From: an uncultured Chlamydiae bacterium
Lineage (GTDB): Bacteria; Chlamydiota; Chlamydiia; Chlamydiales; SM23-39
Assembly: GCA_963730605.1 (NCBI GenBank)
Contig: CAVSSM010000004.1
Span: 17,712 to 81,711 of the forward strand
Length of the DNA stretch: 64,000 nucleotides
Reading direction: 5' to 3'
A program made the translations under genes and the position numbers. Positions 1 through 9,956 of this stretch are shown one piece after another. Within the stretch, counting starts at the first letter, position 1; every line of letters starts with the position of its first letter. The notes under the pieces were generated by a model. That model made no database searches. It worked only from the letters and a program-made list of their open reading frames with translations, and was not told the DNA's origin.

Positions 1-755
1 AAATCCCGCAAATGTGCGACGCCTACAATATTGTGATGGATGCGATGATAGACAGGAACGATCGGGACATAGTGGATGCTTAAGAGATGGCGCACGTCAG
101 CCACAGTCGCAGTCGTCGGCGCCATTTGAACGTTCGCAAGCGGGGTCATGAGCTCACCAACGGTCAGGGTTTTTAGCTGGAAAATCCTCCCTGCAATTTT
201 ATTGAACTCATCCTCGCTTCCCTTCTCTTTCTCCTCGAAGGCCATCCTGACCTCTTCTCTGGAGAGGAAAAGCGGAGTGTCAACGGGCTCTCTCATGAGG
301 CGATGGATGAGGCGGGAGAGGGCATCGAAGGTCCAGATCACCGGTGAGAGGATCCGGGCAAGAGCCGCCATCGCGGGAACCAAAAGCATGGCTGCTTGTT
401 CAGGGTGGCGCCTAGCTGCAAACATCGGGGAGAGCTCGGCGAACACAATGACGATGATGGCCTGGGTAATCGGGGAGAGGTCGGGATTTAAATGGATCGA
501 CTCATAGAACCTGCGCGAACATTCGGAACCGATCTGGAGGGCCATGTTGATGCCAATCAGGGTCGTCCCGAAAAGACGGGAGGGGCGGTTTAAGAGATAA
601 TTGAGCCAAATCGCCCTTTTCTTTCCAATGCTGACATAATATTGAAGGCGCACCTTGTGAAAGGAGATGCAAGCCATTTCAAACAGAGCAAAGACGCCTT
701 GCACAGCGATAGATAAAAGCGTAAAGAGCAAGAAGGGAAGCCAGTGGGGGGTCAC
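1..755 (-). CDS. Hemolysin-family CNNM (DUF21)/CBS membrane protein, truncated by window edge
   Basis: Manual translation from GTG at 755 (overlaps upstream TGA): MTPHWLPFLLFTLLSIAVQGVFALFEMACISFHKVRLQYYV...RPSRLFGTTLIGIN, a typical DUF21 N-terminus; tandem with the CNNM gene upstream. Confidence 0.8.
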   Translation of the reverse strand, partial: MTPHWLPFLLFTLLSIAVQGVFALFEMACISFHKVRLQYYVSIGKKRAIWLNYLLNRPSRLFGTTLIGINMALQIGSECSRRFYESIHLNPDLSPITQAIIVIVFAELSPMFAARRHPEQAAMLLVPAMAALARILSPVIWTFDALSRLIHRLMREPVDTPLFLSREEVRMAFEEKEKGSEDEFNKIAGRIFQLKTLTVGELMTPLANVQMAPTTATVADVRHLLSIHYVPIVPVYHRIHHNIVGVAHLRD

Positions 756-1993
756 TTGGGCCCCCCCAGCCGCCTCACATAGATGCGGCGGATACGGTTA
801 GGATCCGCAGCTAGGATGTAGAACAAAAATTGGTCGTTTGCGTACTTTGTCCCAGGCGTAGGTATGTCTCCGAGCTGTTCGATCAACCACCCTCCGAGAG
901 TCAGGATATTCTCATGGGTTTTGAGGGGGATGCCGAAAATTTCCCGAAATTCGGTAAGTTCGAGTTTCCCGCTCGCGATGATCACATCGTCGGTAGACCG
1001 GGTATATCGGCTCTTCGCATCCCGCCTATCGGAGATCTCGCCAACCATAGCCTCGCTTAAGTCCTCTTGAGAAATGAGCCCGGAGACAGCGCCGTACTCG
1101 TCAACGACGATAGCCAGGCTCTCCCCTCTCTCCCGCATGTTGCTAAGTAGCGTCCAACATCTCGTCGATTCAGGGACGTAGTACGGTTTTTTCAGGATCG
1201 GGATGAGATCGCTAGGAGATGCGATCTTGTTTTGATGAAAAAAGAAGCGCTTGGTCGATAGGATGCCGAGAAGATGATCCAAATTTTCCTCGCAAACGGG
1301 AACGCGCGTCGTCTCGAGATCCACGAAAAGGTGCTTGAGCTTTTCCAAAGACTCGTCAATCGAATAAAAGAGAATCTCGTCTCTCGGCCGCATCCTTTCC
1401 TTGACGATGGAGCGCTGCAGATCGAGAGTTCCGCTCATCAGCCTGACCTCTTGAGGAAGAAGGATCCCCGTTTCTTGAGAGGTTTTTAAGACGTGGCGCA
1501 ATTCATCTGCCGAAATTTCCTTCTCTTTGCGGAAGAAAAAGAAAAGAACTCGAGAAATCCAACCGGTCGCTTTCGTCAATGGGTTGCGGATCGGCCTGAG
1601 GATGCGGGTAGCTGATGAAATAAATGGAGCTGTCCGATAGGCGACTGCCGCGTTATTGGTCATGGCGACCGATTTGGGCAAAACTTCCCCGAAAATGAGG
1701 GTGAGGGCGAGAGGCACCCCCACTTTTAAAAGCCAACTGGGAAACGCGTTGAATAGGGACGAAACAGTATTTTGGACGAGCAGGTTTGCCAAGACATTGA
1801 GCATCAGGATCGTGACGAGGATGTCCCTGGGGCGCGACATCATTTTGGCAATCAGCGCCAGCCTGGGATCCCCTCTCCCCTTGTACGACCTGAGGGTCAA
1901 TGGCGATAAGGAAAAGAGGGCTGTCTCGGCAGCCGAGAAATAAGCCGAAGAGAAAAGCAAAAGGATCAAGAGTGCGATGAGGAGCGCAGTCAT
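752..1993 (-). CDS. Hemolysin-family CNNM/CBS/CorC transporter
   Basis: FSAAETALFSL, IFGEVLPKS, CBS pair (VVDEYGAVSGLIS) and CorC_HlyC tail; ATG at 1993 overlaps upstream stop (ATGA). Confidence 0.9.
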   Translation of the reverse strand: MTALLIALLILLLFSSAYFSAAETALFSLSPLTLRSYKGRGDPRLALIAKMMSRPRDILVTILMLNVLANLLVQNTVSSLFNAFPSWLLKVGVPLALTLIFGEVLPKSVAMTNNAAVAYRTAPFISSATRILRPIRNPLTKATGWISRVLFFFFRKEKEISADELRHVLKTSQETGILLPQEVRLMSGTLDLQRSIVKERMRPRDEILFYSIDESLEKLKHLFVDLETTRVPVCEENLDHLLGILSTKRFFFHQNKIASPSDLIPILKKPYYVPESTRCWTLLSNMRERGESLAIVVDEYGAVSGLISQEDLSEAMVGEISDRRDAKSRYTRSTDDVIIASGKLELTEFREIFGIPLKTHENILTLGGWLIEQLGDIPTPGTKYANDQFLFYILAADPNRIRRIYVRRLGGPK

Positions 1994-2280
1994 CTCGTAA
2001 AGTGAACCTTGAGCCACCCTTCAGGGACGACTCCAAGATCTCTCATAAGGATCATTTCGATCCAGCTCGGGTCGCTTTGAGATTCGATCTGGAGGCGGAG
2101 GGATTCACGCTCTTGGAGAGCGAGCAGCTTCTGCCGATTCACCTCTTCAAAACGGCCAGTCAGTTCCGCAACCTGGCTTTTTTTCTCTTTGATGAAATGA
2201 AAATAGACAGAAAGCGCCGTAAGACAAACACATACGACCCACCACCACGCCCCCCACCAAGATCCGTTTATTTTTGCCAT
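1990..2280 (-). CDS. Small membrane-anchored coiled-coil protein (FtsL/DivIC-like septum initiator fold suspected)
   Basis: One TM helix, a coiled coil, then DPSWIEMILMRDLGVVPEG; lies next to dcd as in chlamydiae. Confidence 0.6.
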   Translation of the reverse strand: MAKINGSWWGAWWWVVCVCLTALSVYFHFIKEKKSQVAELTGRFEEVNRQKLLALQERESLRLQIESQSDPSWIEMILMRDLGVVPEGWLKVHFTR

Positions 2281-2321
2281 CGGACCCATTATCTCGATTC
2301 CCGAATTGTTTTAAAGAGAGG

Positions 2322-2888
2322 TCAAATAGATGGGTGGGTGATTTCCATCTGCCTCATGTATTTCCCTTTCCGGTCGGCATAAGAGACCTCGCAGATTTCT
2401 TCGGCCACAAAAAAAAGGACTTGGGCAAGACCCTCCCCGGCATAAATTTTTGCCGGCAAAGGTGTTGTATTCGAAATTTCCAATGTTACGTATCCTTCCC
2501 ATTCAGGCTCGAACGGGGTCACGTTGACGATGATGCCGCACCTTGCGTAGGTCGATTTGCCGATGCATAATGTTAAAACATTCCGCGGGATCCGAAAATA
2601 TTCGACACTCCTCGCCAAGGCGAAGGAATTTGGGGGGATGACGCAACACTCCCCGCTGATATCGACAAAGGCGTCGGGCCGGAAATGTTTGGGGTCGACG
2701 ATCGAATTGTAGACGTTCGTGAACACCTTGAACTTGTCCGCGACCCGAAGGTCGTAGCCGTAGCTCGAGAGTCCATAACTTACGATTTTTTTTCCAGCCG
2801 CTTCTCGCACTTGAGAATCGGCAAATGGTTCGATCATTTTATATTCTAGCGCCATGCGGCGTATCCATCGGTCGGATCGCAAACTCAT
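2322..2888 (-). CDS. dcd: dCTP deaminase
   Basis: [35 protein letters not shown] motifs. Confidence 0.97.
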   Translation of the reverse strand: MSLRSDRWIRRMALEYKMIEPFADSQVREAAGKKIVSYGLSSYGYDLRVADKFKVFTNVYNSIVDPKHFRPDAFVDISGECCVIPPNSFALARSVEYFRIPRNVLTLCIGKSTYARCGIIVNVTPFEPEWEGYVTLEISNTTPLPAKIYAGEGLAQVLFFVAEEICEVSYADRKGKYMRQMEITHPSI

Positions 2889-2959
2889 ACAAAAACTCGG
2901 GGGTTAAGAGGAGTAGGTATAGCGCGCGAAATGATTTTCTTGCTACCATTTTCAATAAC

Positions 2960-3970
2960 ATGGAAAAGCCCTACATCGAATCTTCGTGGACAAAGCCGGA
3001 TACTCCCTTTGAAACTCCTTTGAGACCCCAAACGCTCTCTGATTTTTTGGGCCAGGAACCGGTCCGGCAAAGGCTTGAAGTCTTCATCGAAGCCGCAAAG
3101 TCGCGGGGCGAAGCCTTGGGGCATTGTCTTTTTTCCGGCCCGCCCGGGCTTGGGAAAACGACCTTAGCCCACATCATCGCTAAAGCGATGGGGACGCAAC
3201 TTTTCGTCACCTCAGGCCCGGCCATCGAGAAAGCGGGCGATCTCGCTGGGCTTCTGACCAACTTGAAACCAGGGGACGTCTTATTTATTGACGAAATCCA
3301 TCGCCTCTCCAAAGTCGCGGAAGAATTTCTCTACCCGGCCATGGAGGATTTCTCTCTCGACCTCATGATCGACTCGGGCCCGAGCGCGAGGTCCGTGCAA
3401 GTCAAACTGAATCCGTTCACTCTGGTCGGGGCGACGACCCGCTCCGGACTCCTCAGCTCTCCGATCCGCTCCCGCTTTCTCGTGACTCTTCGGCTCGACT
3501 ATTATGACGACCCGACACTTTGTAAAATCATCACCCGCACAGCCGGCCTGCTAAAGGTCGCATTGAGCCCGGAAGCTGGCCTCGAGATCGCAAAAAGATC
3601 GCGCGGCACCCCGAGAATCGCGAACAACCTCCTTAGGTGGGTAAGGGATTTTGCCCAAATCCAAAAGCGGAAATCGATCGACCTTCTTCTTGCGAAAGAG
3701 GCCCTCGAAATGTTGGCGATCGATGAAAAAGGTTTGGATGAAATGGACAAAAAAATCCTCTTCGTTATGATAGATCATCACAGCGGGGGTCCAGTAGGGC
3801 TCAATAATTTGGCCGCGGCGGTCGGCGAAGAGGCTCATACGTTGGAAGAGGTCTACGAGCCCTTTCTCATCTTGCAAGGATTCATTAAAAGGACGCCGCG
3901 CGGACGGGAAGCCACCGAGCTGGCTTATAAACACATGGGTCGGAAAAGACCGCAAAGGGAGTTTTTATGA
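2960..3970 (+). CDS. ruvB: Holliday junction branch migration helicase RuvB
   Basis: [12 protein letters not shown], Walker [27 protein letters not shown] at 2960. Confidence 0.97.
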   Translation: MEKPYIESSWTKPDTPFETPLRPQTLSDFLGQEPVRQRLEVFIEAAKSRGEALGHCLFSGPPGLGKTTLAHIIAKAMGTQLFVTSGPAIEKAGDLAGLLTNLKPGDVLFIDEIHRLSKVAEEFLYPAMEDFSLDLMIDSGPSARSVQVKLNPFTLVGATTRSGLLSSPIRSRFLVTLRLDYYDDPTLCKIITRTAGLLKVALSPEAGLEIAKRSRGTPRIANNLLRWVRDFAQIQKRKSIDLLLAKEALEMLAIDEKGLDEMDKKILFVMIDHHSGGPVGLNNLAAAVGEEAHTLEEVYEPFLILQGFIKRTPRGREATELAYKHMGRKRPQREFL

Positions 3971-5151
3971 AAAGCCTATTAATAATAACTATCGCCGTCT
4001 TTTTTTGCGGCGCACTGTTTTCGCAAGATTCCTCTTTCGAAAGGATCACTGCGCCAATCGCCCCGAGGCACATCCAGGTCCTCCTTGAAAAAGACGCCAC
4101 TGAGGCGCTTCTGGAAGTGAAAGGCCCCTACACTCTCTTTAACCCCCACGATGGAACCAAAATTACTTCCGGGCTCCTCGGAAAGCGCTTCATTGTCAGG
4201 GAAACGGAAAATGGACTCAAATGGGGAGAAGAGTTTCCCGGCATCCACCAATTTTACATCCTCCCGAAAAACCCAGACACCTCCATTTTCCTCAATGGGA
4301 TCCAATATAGCGGCGCTGTCGCAGTATTTGGGGTAAACGGAACCATCAATATCGTCAACGACCTCGATATCGAATCTTACGTCAAATCGATCCTCTCCAC
4401 GCAATTTACAACCCCCATGGAGCCTGAAGTGATGTCTGCGCTCGCGATCCTCATCAGGACGAACGCCTATTACCATGCGATGAAAAATCCGAACAGCTAT
4501 TGGCATATCTCCAGCGCGGCAGATCAATATTCCGGCAGCGCTCTCATCACATCCAACTCTCCTGCGATCCGAGCTGCCGACACCACGCGCTATCTGATCC
4601 TCGTCCATCCGATAGAAGGGAGAAATTTCCCAATCCCTGCTACTTGGACAGAACATAGCGCCGGCAAGACGGCCGGATATGAAACGATCTTCCGGCTCGA
4701 TGTCGATGCGATGGCAAAGGGAGTGGACGCGCCTCATGCCGCGCTCGTCCGCCAAGATTCGAAGTGGACCTATCAGATCCCCAAAATAACCCTCGCGAAG
4801 CTGCTCGATATTCCCAACATTAAGTCCGTGGAAGTCTTCGTCGATCTGCCCTCAGGGAAAACCTACGGGCTCCGGATCAAGGAGAGTAACGAAACGCACG
4901 ACATCGACTTTTTCACCTTGCAAGAGCGGCTGGGCAAAGACCATATCCTCAGTTCCGATTTCTCCGTCGCGGTCAAAGAAGACGCGGTGCTCTTCACCGG
5001 CTTTGGAAAGGGGCATGGGGTCGGCCTTTGCCTTTACTCCGCCTCTTCGCTCGCGCAAAATGGAGATAACGCAGTGAAAATCCTCTCCAAATTCTTTCCT
5101 GAAACCTACCTTTACAACCTGGACGCCCTGCCAGACGGGATTGTGAAGTAA
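3967..5151 (+). CDS. SpoIID/LytB-domain peptidoglycan-processing protein
   Basis: Signal peptide, [37 protein letters not shown]. Confidence 0.85.
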   Translation: MKSLLIITIAVFFCGALFSQDSSFERITAPIAPRHIQVLLEKDATEALLEVKGPYTLFNPHDGTKITSGLLGKRFIVRETENGLKWGEEFPGIHQFYILPKNPDTSIFLNGIQYSGAVAVFGVNGTINIVNDLDIESYVKSILSTQFTTPMEPEVMSALAILIRTNAYYHAMKNPNSYWHISSAADQYSGSALITSNSPAIRAADTTRYLILVHPIEGRNFPIPATWTEHSAGKTAGYETIFRLDVDAMAKGVDAPHAALVRQDSKWTYQIPKITLAKLLDIPNIKSVEVFVDLPSGKTYGLRIKESNETHDIDFFTLQERLGKDHILSSDFSVAVKEDAVLFTGFGKGHGVGLCLYSASSLAQNGDNAVKILSKFFPETYLYNLDALPDGIVK

Positions 5152-5218
5152 AAATTTAAGATATAGTCTTTTGCGTTTTGAGAAGCTTTCTGATAGACTA
5201 TACTTTCTCGAAGAGTTT

Positions 5219-5315
5219 CACCGGGGAACTCGTGGAATGAGCAATCTGAACCAGGTCAGAGCCGGAAGGCAGCAGCCTTAAGGAACCTGTCTCATGCCGC
5301 GGGCACTCTCCGGTG
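5219..5315 (+). ncRNA. ffs: Signal recognition particle RNA (4.5S)
   Basis: Conserved helix 8 CCAGGTCAGAGCCGGAAGGCAGCAGCC; ends CACCGG...CCGGTG pair; followed by a T-run. Confidence 0.93.
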
Positions 5316-5334
5316 TTTTTTTATTGGTAAAAGT

Positions 5335-6093
5335 CTATATCTCAAACCCTTGACTTCGATAAAAATCGTGCCTGATTGAATTCAAAGTGCCAGGTTTGAG
5401 CCGGTCTCCATGGAGAGGAATGGTGGTAGACGTGTTGGTCAATACATGTTTCAGCTGATAGTGGCTACCCCGAACCCGTTCAACCACAAAGCCGTTCGCT
5501 AATAAGTGCTTCAAGGCTTCCTCAGAACTTGCTCGTGGTGGAAAATAGGGCCTCTCCATTGCGGGCGCGGCAAAGGCTGGCAAAGAGGGGGCGGGTGGGG
5601 GTCTTTCGGTAGAAGGCGGCGGTGGGTTCGGACGGGTTTTGATTTTCATGCGAGGCTGGATCGGCCTCTTCTCTTCCTTTGAGGACAAGGAAGAGGGGGC
5701 AGGAGTCGTTGCCTGAGCAGGAGTCGTTGCCTGAGCAGGAGTTGTTGCCTGAGCGGGAGTTGTTGCCTGAGCAGGAGTTGTTGCCTGAGCGGGAGTTGTT
5801 GCCTGAGCAGGAGTTGTTGCCTGAGCGGGAGTTGTTGCCTGAGCAGGGCTCGTTTTATGAGCAAAAGTTGTTGCCTGAGCAGAAGCCGTTTCATGAGTAG
5901 CGTTCCATCTTCCGTACACCATCGACCCTACCCCTCCTCCTGCCAGCAAGCACATGGCAACTGATGCTTCTATAGCGCCAGCGGCAACAAAAGCGACTGC
6001 GCTGGCTACTGCTAACCCAGCAATTCCTGATATTAATTTCTGCCCAGCAATAAAGTTTTTGGTTACTTGGTGCCAAGTTTGAATAGATGACAT
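5335..6093 (-). CDS. Membrane-anchored (bilobed hydrophobic) protein with PAQATT repeat stalk and C-terminal HicA-family RNase domain
   Basis: C-terminus EEALKHLLANGFVVERVRGSHYQLKH...TIPLHGDRLKPGTLNSI matches the HicA pattern (GSH, PxH, GTLxSI); about 40 hydrophobic residues near the N-terminus. Confidence 0.8.
   Translation of the reverse strand: MSSIQTWHQVTKNFIAGQKLISGIAGLAVASAVAFVAAGAIEASVAMCLLAGGGVGSMVYGRWNATHETASAQATTFAHKTSPAQATTPAQATTPAQATTPAQATTPAQATTPAQATTPAQATTPAQATTPAPSSLSSKEEKRPIQPRMKIKTRPNPPPPSTERPPPAPSLPAFAAPAMERPYFPPRASSEEALKHLLANGFVVERVRGSHYQLKHVLTNTSTTIPLHGDRLKPGTLNSIRHDFYRSQGFEI
5699..5878. repeat. 18-bp coding tandem repeat (GCAGGAGTTGTTGCCTGA): 8 near-perfect units plus 2 degenerate in-register units
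   Basis: Read directly; encodes (PAQATT)n on the minus strand. Confidence 0.95.
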
Positions 6094-6174
6094 ATTTTAA
6101 CTCCAATATTTATTATTTTATTTATACTAAATTATAATATATTTACATGTTTAATTCAATATATAATATTTTAT

Positions 6175-6529
6175 TGTAAGCGTTTTTTTTAAAATGTCCG
6201 CTTTTTGGTAATCACAAGTCGTTGATTACCAAAGAGGAGGAGACTAAACAATGGAGCGTATCCCAATGAGCGAAGAGGACTTAAAGAGATTAGAATATTT
6301 GAAGAAGATCAAAGAAGGTCGGTGTAAACAAACAACGGCGGGACGGAATTTGGGGATAAGCACGAGGCAGATCAGACGTTTGGTCCGTAGACTCGAGAAG
6401 GAGGGCCCAAAAGGGATTATTTCTAAGAAACTAGGGGCTCCCGGCAACCATCGGCTGCCCCATGACAAAACCATACTCCAACTCCTCGCTGGGAGCCTTC
6501 TCGAGCAACGCTGCCAAACCAGAGTCTAG
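6175..6529 (+). mobile_element. Truncated IS (ISNCY/IS1202- or IS481-like): left end plus N-terminal HTH of the transposase
   Basis: ORF 6251-6529 MSEEDLKRLEYLKKI...AGRNLGISTRQIRRLVRRLEKEGPKGIISK; upstream TGT...AAAATGTCC end-like motif; no DDE domain. Confidence 0.7.
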
Positions 6530-6759
6530 TCCCCTATTTCTCTTCATTTTTAACCAGTAAGTTAATACAAGGTTAACATTCTGGTCATTTTCAGGCAATA
6601 ATAGTCAGGCTTTTCTCTTTTTTTATATAAGCATCTTACAACAAGAACGTTATGATATCCCATCCTATTATCAACGGTCATTCGAATCTGCGGATATGAA
6701 CAGGACACTCTCCGGTGTTATTGGTTCAGAGACACTTTCCTGTAGAGAGGAACCTGTCA

Positions 6760-7924
6760 TTACTGGCTCTGACGCCACGAATCCAAGAGTTCTTTCTCCT
6801 TTGCAGGATCAAGACCGGCTTGGATCGTATGTCCCATTCTTCCTTCATTCCAACGGAGAGTCGCTGAGATGGTATCAGTTAGTGGCCGCAACCTAAGTCC
6901 TGCCTTCAAGGCTTTTTCTATACTGACACTGAGAAAACCAGGCATATTCCTTTGGCTGAAGAGATATAAGGGAAGCTCTACCCAATCTTTGACTTCCTTG
7001 GTTGTAAGGAACTCTTCACCCACCCATTCAAGCTTGACATCTGATTTGCATACTTTTTGACATTCCAAAAGCAATTTTTCAAAAGAAATCGGATGTCCTG
7101 TCACATTGTAAACGCCGGTCGCTCGCTCTTCGACCTTTTCCACGATCCAGGCGGCAAGGTCGCGGACATCGATGACCTGGACGCTGCGGGACGGTGTGCC
7201 GGGAACTAAGACCGTGCCCCCCTTTTGGATGCGGAGAGACCAATAGGTAAAGCGATCCGTTGGATCCTTGGGCCCTACGATCAATCCCGGACGAACGATC
7301 AAAGACCCTAGCCGGAAAATACGATTGCACAATTTGCTCGCACTCCGCTTTCAGCGCGCCATATGTTTTTTCTGTTATTTCTTCAGTGGTTCCCTCTAAT
7401 TTTGAGAGCGGTTCGGTTTCGTCAATCCCCGAATGATCGAAATTTGCAAGACTCCAATCGTGGAGATGAAGGTGTAATCTCGACTTTGTACAATTTTTGG
7501 CGAGCAGATCCAGAGGAAGCGCTCTGCAATTTTTTTCTTTTTTTGCGAAATTCATAGCCGAAGGCGCTATTTATGAGCAAAAAAAGGAAAAAAGGGCCAG
7601 CGATTCTCTCGGAGATGCCGTCACAAAATTGTACAAAGTCGAGGTAATGGTCCGCTTTGCCATTCAGCAATTTTGATGAGGCCTCAACGACGCGGGGAAG
7701 ATGGCCTGAGGTATCGATGATCGCACCCCACCTTCTTCCAACGAGTGCGCTCAAACGCCGTCCCTATCTCCACAGAGCGTTTCGATGCCGGGAAAGGGAG
7801 ACGGATGAGTGCCTCGGTGAAAGAGAGTGGCCTCATGGCCTCGGGTTTTTATTTCTTCCACCAAATGGGGACCCAGGAAGTTCGTGCCGCCTAAAATCAA
7901 TATTTTTAAAAGAGCGTCTTTCAT
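6760..7924 (-). pseudogene. NAD-dependent epimerase/dehydratase (SDR) pseudogene, interrupted by a MITE and frameshifts
   Basis: Fragments read MKDALLKILILGGTNFLGPHLVE, AIIDTSG, ADHY|TFISTIGV, YGALKAECE, IVRPGLIVGPKDPTDRFTYW in different frames. Confidence 0.85.
7479..7643. mobile_element. 165-bp palindromic MITE (family A) with a 5-bp target-site duplication GTAAT
   Basis: Terminal IR CTCGACTTTGTACAATTTT...AAAATTGTACAAAGTCGAG; GTAAT at 7474-7478 and 7644-7648; removal restores ADHYTFIST. Confidence 0.9.
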
Positions 7925-7935
7925 AAGTGCCTATT

Positions 7936-9761
<1,826 letters not shown>

Positions 9762-9783
9762 TTAAAACTGAAAGAATAGCCAG

Positions 9784-9892
9784 AGCAACCTGATTAAAAT
9801 TAAGATGCAATTTCACTATGAGGGTGTCTGCACTTTGTAGACACCCTCTAAAATGATTTCATCATTTTTCATATTTATTTTATGAGGTTGCT
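9784..9892. repeat. Imperfect palindromic element with a nested collapsed family-D element at 9820-9848
   Basis: Outer IR AGCAACCT...AGGTTGCT; inner GAGGGTGTCT...CACTTTGTAGACACCCTC matches the ends of the 35131-35303 element. Confidence 0.7.
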
Positions 9893-9956
9893 AAAAGAAT
9901 ATTTGGAAGAATTTTTTCTTGCGGCAATTGGCCCCTTTGTGGGATGACGTTTGGTC

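Noticed and set aside
5699..5878. 18-bp repeats as a CRISPR array
   Set aside because: Units are contiguous with no spacers, in-frame within a CDS, and there are no cas genes
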